From Takakia lepidozioides (Eukaryota; Plantae; Bryophyta), in contig CM060734.1 of the NCBI GenBank assembly GCA_030704615.1, positions 22,382,001 to 22,446,000 on the forward strand: 64,000 nt of DNA, given 5' to 3'. Below the pieces are notes generated by a model. The model did not search any database and was not told the origin of the DNA. It was given only the letters and a program-made list of their open reading frames with translations. This document shows, piece after piece, positions 23,301 to 33,565 of the stretch (the stretch's first letter is position 1; each line of letters begins with the position of its first letter). The position numbers and the translations under genes were made by a program.

Positions 23301-26300
23301 TGGCGGGATCAGCACCGGATTGGCTGCTGTGTTACAGGCAGGTGTACGAGTTCGGCGTTACCTGTATGTGGAGAGGGATGAGACTGCACGACGCGTTTCA
23401 CTTCGCCATGTTGCTCAGTTGGTGCAGCGGTACCCTGAGTTGTTGTCGGTGTCTGCAATTCGTGGATATCAGCAGCCTTGCCAGCAGACATTTCGTTGCT
23501 GGGGGCGCAGATTTGGAGCGGGTTGGCTCCATTGATCTGGTAGTGGCAGGTTGGCCCTGCCAAGGGCATTCATCAGCCGGGCATGGCAATGGATTGCGAG
23601 ACTCGAGGTCGGGTCTGTTTTGGGAGATGGTGCGGGTTTTGCGCCACTTGCAGCTTCATCAAGCTGTATCTCCAGCATACATCTTGGAGAATGTGCCACT
23701 GATGGGCGATTCTCGGGCCAGGTGATGGCCAGTGTGCATCAAGTCCGGTCGTGGCTTGGGTCAGCAGTGTTGCTAGATGCAGCTACAGTGGGGTCACGGG
23801 CTCATCGTCCACGGCTATGGTGGACTAACTGATGCCACCCGCACTGCTCAAGCGTGCATTTGATGGGGTGCAGCGGCCAGCACATCTCACAGTGGATAAC
23901 ATTCTGGACACAGGGAGGCAGTCTCAACGTGTGAGACACGATGACCGTTCGCCTTTGGCAGTGGTCAACAAGGTGGGTCAACCACGAGCAGCATTACCTA
24001 CACTGCAGCTTCCCAGGATCGCATGCTTTCCGGGATAGTGGACCTGGCCTCCTGTGGGATGCTCAGTTGCAGCAGTTAGTGGAGCCTAATGCTGACGAGC
24101 GTGCGGGCAATGGGTTTTACCACTGGTACCACGGCGGTGTCGTCTCTTTCTGAGGCATCACGTCGTCAAGTGTTGGGGCAAGCAATGGATCTCAATTGCT
24201 TGACCTGGATTATCAGCTTGGCTCTAGCTGAGCAACGCAGAGTGCGGAATACACTTCCCTCAATGGTCTCTCTGCCTACCGAGACGGTACAGGCAGTGAG
24301 TGGGGGCGAGCATGTGAGGACCACGGGGTGCATGCATCCATGGCACACGTGGGAGGTGCTCGAGGTTCAGAGAGGTTGGCAGCCAAGGCGCTGTGATGGA
24401 TGAGGTTGGGGATTCTTCTCGGTTGAGGAGGTCCTCAAGGATGAGATGGGGCAGGATGAGCCTTGTCATTGACTGAGCAGGTAGGGAGTACTGCTCAAGA
24501 GGTTGCAGCATAGCAACCACGGGACGCGTCCTCTACCTCTAAGCCCACTGGACTTAAGGTTGTAGTTACGGAGGACAATTGGGAGCCTGACATTGGACCC
24601 ATTGTCACCGGAGGAGAGAGACGACGTATACGGCGGTTCCTGAGGGCTTACAGGAATTGCTTTGCCTTCAGTTTGAAGGACTTGGGAGCACTGAAGGGTC
24701 AAGAGATCCGTATTGAGTTGGCCACTGACACGCCAATCTTTCGGAGACCCTATAGATACAGTGACATGGAGAGGTCTTTGATTCAGATGAGGACTCAAGA
24801 TCTCTGGGAGGCAGGTTTGGTGGAGCTCTCTGGTGGAGAGTATGCTTCAGCCACAGTGATGCCAGCCAAGAAGGATGTCTATGGCAATTGGACGGAGAGA
24901 CGTATGTGCGGTGATTACCGGCCTGTAAATCGTCAGACCAAGTCCGATAAGTATGCCATGCCAACACCAGAGGAGATCTTTGATGCCATCGGGCATGCTA
25001 AGGCCTTTAGCACTTTGGATTTACGATCCGGATATCACCAGTTGCCAATCAAGGAGGCGGACAAGCAGAAGACGGCATTCTGGGGATCAATGAGCACGGC
25101 AAGGATTGCCTATATCAGTGGCGGTTCTTACCATTTGGGCTTAAGAATGCTCCTGCAGAGTTTCAGAGAGTCATGGATAGGATTCTAGCAGGGGTGGACT
25201 TTGCTCGGTGCTACATAGATGACATCATCATCTTTAGTGTTACGATGGAGGAGCATGAGAGACACCTTCAGGTGGTATTGGAGCGCTTGAGAGCGCACGG
25301 ATTGAAGTTGCATCCGGGGAAGTGCAAGTTTTTCCACAACCAGATTGAGTATCTGGGTCACATGATATATCCTGGAGGATTGGGGGTACAGCAGACTAAG
25401 GTAGAGGCCATTGCACAAATTCCACGCCCCACGGATGTGAGCCGAGTTCGAGCTTTCATGGGGTTGGCAAACTATTATAGACGGTTTGTCAAGGGATTTA
25501 GTACCATTGCAAAGGCTCTAACCAAGCTGACCAAGGTGACCAGGAGTGGCAGTGGGAAGATGAGCAGGAACGAGCTTTTCAAGAGCTCAAGGCGAGGTTG
25601 ACCTCGGCGCCTATCTTGAGACGACCTATCAGGGGGCGTCCCTTTCAGCTGCATACGGATTGGAGCATGCTGGGGCTTGGAGCGGTGCTCACACAGGTGG
25701 ATGATGAGGGAAGAGAGTTCGTAGTGGCTTACGCTAGCCGCTCGAACAACGCTGCAGAGGCTAAGTACAGCTCATATGAGGGAGAGTGCTTAGCTGCAGT
25801 GTGGGCCGTGGCACACTTCAGGTGCTATCTATACGGCAATCTTTTCACCCTTGTCACGGATCACCAGCCACTCAAGTGGTTGATGGAGTCAGACAAGCTT
25901 ACGGGGAAGCTTGCACGGTGGGCACTTATACTCCAGGAGTATGACTTTCAGGTTGTGCATCGACCGGGTTTGGTCAATCGGGATGCGGATGGATTGAGTC
26001 GCAATCCATGCATGAGCCAGCAGGATGACACTGGAGCTCGGTGGCATGGTGAGACGGACGAGGAGATGGTGCCGGGATGGCACGCATCTGCATTTTGTGT
26101 ATCTTGGCATCGGGAGGTCAGATTGGACCTACAACAGGATGACTGTAGACGGAGTGTCTGAGGACCCTGAGGCTAGTGATGAGCTAGGTGGTGCCAGAGA
26201 TATACATGAGGATTCGGCTGTGTTGGACTACCTCCGCACGGGAGACACGGCAGCCATTGTGACTGCCAGGGAGAGGGATCGGATCCTGCAACGAGCCAAG

Positions 26301-27639
26301 AGGTTCAAGTGGGAGGGGATACACCTACTTCGAGTGTGGGAGGATGGTCGGGTGAGGATTGTGCCTCACCCCACACAGCGTGCACGGTTAGTGCGGCATG
26401 CCCATGAGGAGTTTGGGGCATTTTGGAGTGCGACGCACTCACAGTTTACTGCAGGGCAGTATTGGTGGCGTGGTATGCATACAGAGGTGCAACAGTTTGT
26501 GGCTAGGTGCATGGTGTGTGACAGGGTGCGTGCTTCATTCAACGCCCCTACACCACAGTTGCATCCTTTACCTATCATGGATTGGGCTACAGGTGGAGTC
26601 TTGACTTCGCAGACCGTTGCCACTGACTATGCGCCACCACAGATATGTGTTGGTGATGGTGGAGCACTTCTCCAAGTGGATTGAGTTGGTTCCATTGCCT
26701 GACAAGGCTAGTGAGGGGGCTGCGTATGCATTCTTGGATCGTGTGCTTAGCCGATTTGGTGCTCCAGCTGAGGTACTCACGGACCAAGGGAGAGAGTTCT
26801 TGGGGGAGTTTCAGGCTTTGTGATAAAGCCTTGATAGACCACCGCACCACTTCTCGGGATCATCCTGAGGCCGATGGCTTAGCAGAGAGAGTTGTTCAGA
26901 CGGTGAAGAGGGGTTTGCGCAAGTATGGCTTGCAGAAGGGACACCTAGGAGATTGGGATCTTCAGGTTCCTTGGTTAGCCATGGGCTACAGGTTCAGCAA
27001 ACAAGCATCACTTGCCTCCTTCTCACCATATTTCCTTCTCTTTGGCCGAGAGCCGGATTTGCCTGCAGCCATTCGTAGGGACACTGCTCAAGTCCTTAAC
27101 CTTGACGATCCGGACGTGTGGGTACGTGCATGTGATCAGCGTGCAGAGTTGTTCAAGAAAGTCATGCCCATGGCTTTTGAGAACCTTGCCATTGCACAGC
27201 ACCGTGATACGTTGAGGTATGCCACTATACGTGGTGGAGGATATCGTCCTGGGGTTCGGAGGTTTAGCCCTGGTGACTATGTTTATTTGCAGCAGACTGC
27301 TCCTACGACTCTGGATGTTACTGCAGGGCGTGTTATTCTGAGGGTTCGAGAGGTGTTGCCCTCAGGGGTCCTGATCTTAGAGGGTCGGGATGGCATGACT
27401 TGGAAAGACCATGTGCGTAATTGTGCGCCATGTCACCTTCCCAATGTCGATGGCAGAGTTGACCCAAACTTGGCAGTGGTACCTGCAGGTTTGAGGTGCA
27501 TGCTCTGTGGGTCTGCCAAAGGGGCAGCCACCATGCTGGTGTGTGATCGTGCTCAAGGGGTTGGCATATGGGATGCTTGACACCACCTCTTGAGAAGGTT
27601 CCTGACGGAGATTGGTTGTGTCCACACTGCTTGGGATAG
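20370..27639 (+). CDS. Gag-Pol polyprotein of copy 1 (many 1-2 nt frameshifts): gag with two Zn knuckles, aspartic protease, C5-MTase, RT, RNase H, integrase, PHD
   Basis: CWTCGGPH and [10 protein letters not shown]; LLDSGAQ (Asp at 22568); [16 protein letters not shown] and YIDD (25212); LHTDWS..YASR..TDHQPL; HAH..GH..CMVC; WSLDF, TDQG and LAERVV; stop TAG at 27637-27639. Start position is approximate. Confidence 0.9.
23278..24210 (+). other. DNMT3-like C5 cytosine DNA methyltransferase domain within pol (copy 1)
   Basis: LDLFGGI (motif I), YVERD (II), AGWPCQGHS (IV, Cys at 23558), ILENV (VI, 23687), [10 protein letters not shown] (VIII), ERxRAMGF (IX), [10 protein letters not shown] (X). 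Confidence 0.92.
27497..27630 (+). other. PHD finger at the integrase C-terminus
   Basis: After one 1-nt frameshift correction: [38 protein letters not shown], a C4HC3 pattern. Confidence 0.9.
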
Positions 27640-27887
27640 TGGCAGTGGACATGACTGGAGGCAGCTAACAAGACATGGGAGGCCAAGCTCATAGGAGTCA
27701 ATACATGAGATCCCAAGCTCAAGTTCACAGGTTGCAAGACGGCGACTAACGATGGGGCAACTCTTGCACCGGCCTCTTGATCTATCGAGTTTGAGTGTAG
27801 TAGGGATAGTGGTGGAGGACTTAGTGAGGCTATGGTCACTATCACATCTTGTGGCTACCTGGACTTAGAGGGACCTAAGCACCAGCT

Positions 27888-27894
27888 AGGGGGG
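27888..27894 (+). other. Putative polypurine tract
   Basis: AGGGGGG lies 3 nt upstream of the start of B1. Confidence 0.55.
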
Positions 27895-27897
27895 CGA

Positions 27898-28599
27898 TTG
27901 TGTGGACTAGTGACTGCCATAGTGGGCAGCGTAGTGGCAGCCTAGTGACTGACTAGTTGTAGCCTAGTGGTTGGACTAGTGGACTAGTGGTAGACTAGTG
28001 GTATACTAGTGTGTGGTGTGCACATGTGTTGTGTGGTTTTGGACAGCGATGTAGTTGTGTAGCGATATGTATGCGCACGACAGCTGTCAAGTTATTTTAC
28101 CACTAGTGAAACTAGCTAGGAAATAGCTAGCTTTTTACATATTGACATTTGGGATTGGCCCAAGTGTCAATCCAGGGGTCAAGGCAGATTTAGGCCCTGG
28201 AGTGGTTATCTTCACGGCAAGCGCGGGAGGCTCATCTTTCTCGAGTTGAGCCTCACCGCGCCTAGCTATGGCGCCGTAGTGTGGATTCCCCATGGCGTGG
28301 GGTGCACTTGGCTTGACTTGTATTTGAGTGATGAGGTTATATATGCATGAGTTTATGCTTCAGCTTTGTGAGCTCGCATGAGCTCGTGCTTGTATTCTTC
28401 TTCTTTATCATTGTGTGGACTAGTGACTGCCATAGTGGGCAGCGTAGTGGCAGCCTAGTGACTGACTAGTTGTAGCCTAGTGGTTGGACTAGTGGCTGGA
28501 CTAGTGGTAGACTAGTGGTATACTAGTGTGTGGTGTGCACATGTGTTGTGTGGTTTTGGACAGCGATGTAGTTGTGTAGCGATATGTATGCGCACGACA
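27898..28599 (+). repeat. 3' terminal block: B1 (27898-28082), GC, A2 (28085-28410), B2 (28411-28599)
   Basis: B1 and B2 are identical except for a 4-bp indel; A2 matches A1; the B1/A2 junction is the palindrome GACAGCTGTC. Confidence 0.95.
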
Positions 28600-31417
28600 A
28601 TGGGCTCTAATATCAGAGGCTACATAGACAACATTTTGGAGTTGAAACGAGTGAGCAAGTACGATTACATCCAAGACAATGTATTCCCAGGTCAAGGTGC
28701 CATCAAAGTTTTTCTTTTCAAAATGTCGACTGTTGGGGAGGGCAGCGGGGTTAGCCTCGTGAAGCGGATGCAGAAGACTGGGGACTTGCAGAACTGTTTT
28801 CTTATGTTTGATCATGTGAAACGAGTGAAGGATTAGACGACAATGGCTTGTCATGTCTACGATCTAGTGTACCGACGAGTTATGACAATTGCAGTTTGTG
28901 ACATGCAATCCAAGGATACGGAATCCCAGAAGCTCATGTGGAATTCCCTGATACGTGTCATGGGCTGCCATCTCCAAATTTCGCAGGTTTCATGGCGGAT
29001 AGTGCTCAAGCAAATTTCAATGTTGTTCGTATTGTCTTCGGATCGGGCGACCCAAAAGTGCCAATGCGAGGAAGAGAACGTACATGTCTATTCCATTGGA
29101 CACAATCTCTGGAAAAACGTACAAGTCGGACATCAAACCAGAGATGCAGACTCAGCACCGTAAATTGTGCAAAGAGTACAAAGATGCTAGAACAATGAAG
29201 GAAGCGGACACTTTGTTCCAGACAATTCGTGCCTGGTGGTTCTCTTCTGAAGCTGCATCACTTGAGAGTATGAGAGCATTGGAAGATTGGCTGGCGTTTT
29301 GGCACTTCCGGTATAGACAGTGGGGAGCAGCCATGGCAGTGGTACGAGGCTTATATTTCTTGCTTTATTCATACATTTACTTTCCATTTTATTGTCTCAT
29401 CATTTTCTTTGTGTTGTTTTATGTTCACTGTTTTGAAGTGTGGTTCTCTACTTTGCAGAACATGTCCATTGAGGAAATGGCGGACATGCCATCTTGCAAT
29501 TTGGCAGAAACTGTGCACAACGCATGGTTGCAGCAGTCTGGGAAACGAGGTTGGGATTTGTATGTGGCAACAACAAATGATTTGATATGTGCCTTGCAAC
29601 AACAAACCCGATACCGTGATTTCTTGCGAGGTGGGGTTGGTGGAGGTGGAGTGTTCAATTCCCTCTTACAGGAGCCGAATCTCCCCTCCCCCTTCAAGAT
29701 GTGGAACTCTAGAAACAAGTGGCGTTCCCTGGGCATACATGCTCACCGCCCGTGCTATCTTGATTGGATCCCCAGATCTGTTTGCAGCACGCAACATCAA
29801 CTCCCATTTGTCCGGACCCTGGTTCAGATTCCGATTCACACAGGGCTTCTCGAAGCCTCGTGTTCCCTTGCATGACAGCTCCATGTCCGGAACCTCCATT
29901 GTGGAGGAACCTCCAACACGACGGCAAGCTCCAGCATCAAACAGTGCCACTGAAATGGTGCAGGAGAGAAACAACCCCCTTGATGTGCTTGAGTCCATAT
30001 GCCCCGACCACGTTTGGCACATAGAACGCACAAGTGTAGGGTCTCGTGTGAAATGTATAGCGATCAGGGCAACTAATTTCGAGAAGTGCACTTCATCAAT
30101 ATCCAGAGGTGGTGCCCGAACTCCTGCTCCGACTTTCACGGGTTTGATGCGTCCATACGGTCAACCAGAAGCCAAGAACCACAAGTTATGGTTCTGCACA
30201 GATGATTGTGCCAAATGTGTGCATGGAACTGTGCGTCCTTCCATAGTGATGAAGTCATTTCCTCCAACCGTTTGGCCCGTGAAGGTGGGAACACATCTCA
30301 GATTTTAGGAGATTGAAATGCTGGAGGAGGCAGGCTTTTCCCTTGCGAGACAACCCCAACTCCATGCATGTGCTACTACTTCTGCGTCCTCCCGGGTCCC
30401 CCGACAAATCCTGACTTGTGGCCAACCAAACGAGATGGAAAGCTCGTTCGGCGTTTCCTTCCAACCGCTGAACACTTTGGCAAAGTGGAGTCCGCAAGAA
30501 TGCTCCAAGCTCGTGTTGGAAGCACCACGGAAGTACCCGATCCAGGATATGGTCGGGTATTCACAATCATCACTTCCACATCTGCTGTTCATGACAGGAC
30601 CTACGACATCACGGTTTCCAATTCCCCCCCAATTGCACATGTCTGATTTTGTGAATATGCTATCAACCAGTTTTGGGCAAGAGAGGTAAATTCATACCCT
30701 GCAAACATTTGTATTTCATATTTTTGAAGGAGATGGTTTGCGATCCCAAACGTGACAACTTCATTCACCAGGCCACTATGAGTTTCAACGAGGTCGATAC
30801 TCTATTGCAGCGGGATACAACACATGGGTAGCATCAACTATGCAATGTGGTATGTGGACGACCATGATTTAAAATGTGTAATTCACATCAATTCGTCGGC
30901 GGTGCAATGATATGGCCTCCAATTATACTGAGTGAGCTCTGAGTGGCAACTTTTAAAAGCACATTTGTCATTGCACCGTTCGAAGGCTACATGTCTTGCT
31001 GTCGCTATGCACTACAATCATCTTTTGAAGATGATCCTAACTCTCATTGTTATTTGAGGAGGGAGGAAGGTCTTCCCGTGGCAGCCTCTATGGTGCACAC
31101 TTTGTGAGGATATTTTCTCGTCCTCGTAATTGTAAAAGTGAAACAAGCATTTGTAATTGCACAATGTTGGATGCTACAATTGTAGGCCTCATGGTAGTCT
31201 TGATTCTATTTAGGCAAGATTCCCTGCATTAATTCCACGGTCATAGGACCATCCTCGGTTATAGGCGGCGCATGTTAATGCTGACGTGGCAGATGACGGA
31301 CAGTGCCACGTCATCATTTGCCGCCACATCAGCATGCTGACATGACGGTCACGCCACGTCAGTGTGGGTGCACGCTCACGCCACGTCACTCCTGCGTGAG
31401 CGTATGCTCGCGCGCTC

Positions 31418-33565
31418 ATGCCATTGCGTCGTTGGATGGTCACCAGTCAGCCAGTTCTGCAATTGGACAAGGGAAAGCTCAAAACGCAGATGGAAAAGCT
31501 TACGCAAAGGGGGATCCTCATCTATTTCCCTGGGAAACTTAAATCCAGGAGCTCGGTACGCACTTGGATAGTGGAGCACCTCGGAGCGGAGGGAGGTCTT
31601 CCCCATCACTATTGCCTCTCCATGGGTAGAGGTTTCTATTTGGCCCTTTTCAGTTCATCAGAGGAAGCAGAGCTGGCTCTAAATTTCAACACGCAGATGT
31701 CTGCAGTCAAGGTCTTCCTCTTCCCCTGGATCCACGATTGGGGTCACAAAGAGGGTGTGATGTGGAAACCCAGGGTCATCGCCATTCCTTACCTCCCTGC
31801 CACTTACTTGACTTCCCTACCAGAGATTGGCGCCAGCTTCGGCACCTTCATTGGCTCGTTGAATGTCTACGAGCCGGTTCAAGACAACATCAGGAGCGTT
31901 GACAACGAAGCTGTAATTTATGACTACTCCAAAGACAACGGAGGACCTAAGTTGGTTGTCTTAATGCCGGAGACTGAGCGGATTGGCTCCTCGATCAAAC
32001 TGCCGACTTTGGATGATTCGTTCATAGTCGTTGCAATCAAAGAAGAACTCATCTCCACGATCTGCTTCATCTGCAATGGAGAAGGCCATATTCGCTCCAA
32101 CTGCCCAAAGTTCGGCAAGCAAAAAGGCTCTTCCTCCAAGCCCTCGTGCATGCCAAACAACAAAGCAGGCTCCTCATTTAACCTGGTGGCTCCAGGTACT
32201 ACAATGCAAGTCGCTTTGGAATCGGATGTAGAAAGGCTTCAGGCAGGCCCGTCCTCCAAAAAAAGGAAACGAAGTGACGACAAGTCCAAATGGGTTCATC
32301 CCAACCGGCCATATGATCGTCACCCAGTCAGGATGAAGGAAGCTTGGGCCTCGTTCCCTTTCTCGCAAGAAGAGCTGCAACTTTTGAACAGCACCAGCCT
32401 AGCGATTTCCTTCCTCGAGCTGCACTCCTTCAAAAGTAGGCCTTTGACTGGCTGGGCCCCAGGATCGATTTATGCGAGAGACGGGGCAGCGATCTGTGTG
32501 ACCCTGCTCGTCTATACTTTCTTTGACGATTACACTAACTTTTGCGTCCCGAAGGAGGGGGAAGGCTTTCGCTCAGCCTGGGTCACTGAAGACATGACCA
32601 AGGAGCTAAATGTGGGAAAAGAAAAAGACATCACACTGCAACTCACCGGCCAGATCCTCACGGACTTTTTTCCAAACATCTCCCTCTCTCTATCTCAAGT
32701 CCACAACATAGGCATTATGGTTGAAAACAACAATGCCCTTGTTAATCTGGCGGTGGTACATGTGCTTCCGATCTTCCATGTCAAAGACCTGCACATAACG
32801 GTCAGACCAAACAAAGGGCTGTGGGTAGACGCCTTTGGCTTGCCCTGCAGGGTGAAGGACCCAAACACCTGGGCTCGTACCTCCTTAATCATGGAAGAAG
32901 GGCAGCGCATGGTGGCTGAACTTACAAGTCTGCAGAAGCTCAGGGGCCTGGCAGACCAGGCAGTCCAAGCGAGCAACATCTCCTAGGAGGTGGAGCTCAC
33001 AAATAGAGCAATAATCTTGTATAACTACACTGACATGCTGTTCTCATCCAATGAGGCTAGCAAATGCTTTGAAGAAATGGGACAGCCAGAGGAAACTGTG
33101 GACTCACCCCCACCGGTAAGCATGTTTCCTCATGCTTCTTCTCCCTCTCCACTCATCTTCTTTGTGCATGATGAGACAAACAGGAATCGTGGCTGGACCC
33201 TTATGCTAGAGCATCAACAACTTGCCCTTAAAATTCTACCAGGATGGTGTGAATTATACAACATCTTGTGTTCAAAATTTGCTATTGACTACCTCTCTTC
33301 AACGCTCTCTTGGCATCTCTCCCTATCAGATCTTTCTATGCTAACAGAAAGCAGGAACCAATTCCTGGAACTGGGATGTCTCAGCAAAAGAAAGAAGTCG
33401 AGACAGGTCTTTGTGTGGAACCTACCTGATTTACTGCCACCTCCTGCTGGTTTTAAATGGATAAATACGCTGCAACCCTGGGACAAGAGGACTAAATTCA
33501 AATTCTTACCTACCTGGCCATCAAATCGCGAGATCAACGCGGGCCTTGCCCTGGCAGTACAATGA
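31418..33565 (+). CDS. LINE ORF1 (522-aa ORF plus a same-frame 191-aa extension after TAG at 32984-32986)
   Basis: SMGRGFYLALF, PWIHDW and CFICNGEGHIRSNC are typical of plant L1 ORF1; the final stop overlaps the ORF2 start (ATGA at 33562). Confidence 0.75.

Larger units (their letters stand above)
17463..28599 (+). mobile_element. Ty3/gypsy-type retrotransposon, copy 1 (complete), with permuted/split terminal repeats A...B-GC-A-B
   Basis: Termini TGTC/GACA; ATGG duplicated at 17459-17462 and 28600-28603; removing the element restores the MULE frame (NALRM|GSNIRG); gag-PR-MTase-RT-RH-IN-PHD order. Confidence 0.95.
16199..30831 (+). pseudogene. Mutator-like (MULE) transposase with GCM-like Zn DNA-binding domain and C-terminal SWIM finger, split by the gypsy insertion at 17463-28599
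   Basis: W..T..N, VCNGHLRC, CKFC and HNHP (GCM-like); MFDHV, FMADSAQAN, CLFHW and CNLAETVH (MULE DDE and CxxH); CTC...PCKH (SWIM). Intron about 29342-29458; in-frame TAG stops at 16736 and 28834 (probably from TGG). Confidence 0.8.

Noticed and set aside
27898-28599. Classification as a DIRS/Ngaro tyrosine-recombinase element
   Set aside because: No recombinase ORF is visible; a protease, DDE integrase, TG...CA ends and a 4-bp TSD are present.
28085-28599. An independent solo A-B insertion next to the element, or A-B as a normal 3' LTR
   Set aside because: It has no TSD of its own, ATGG brackets the whole 11.1 kb, the 5' end lacks B after A in all three left ends, and the PPT precedes B1 rather than A2.
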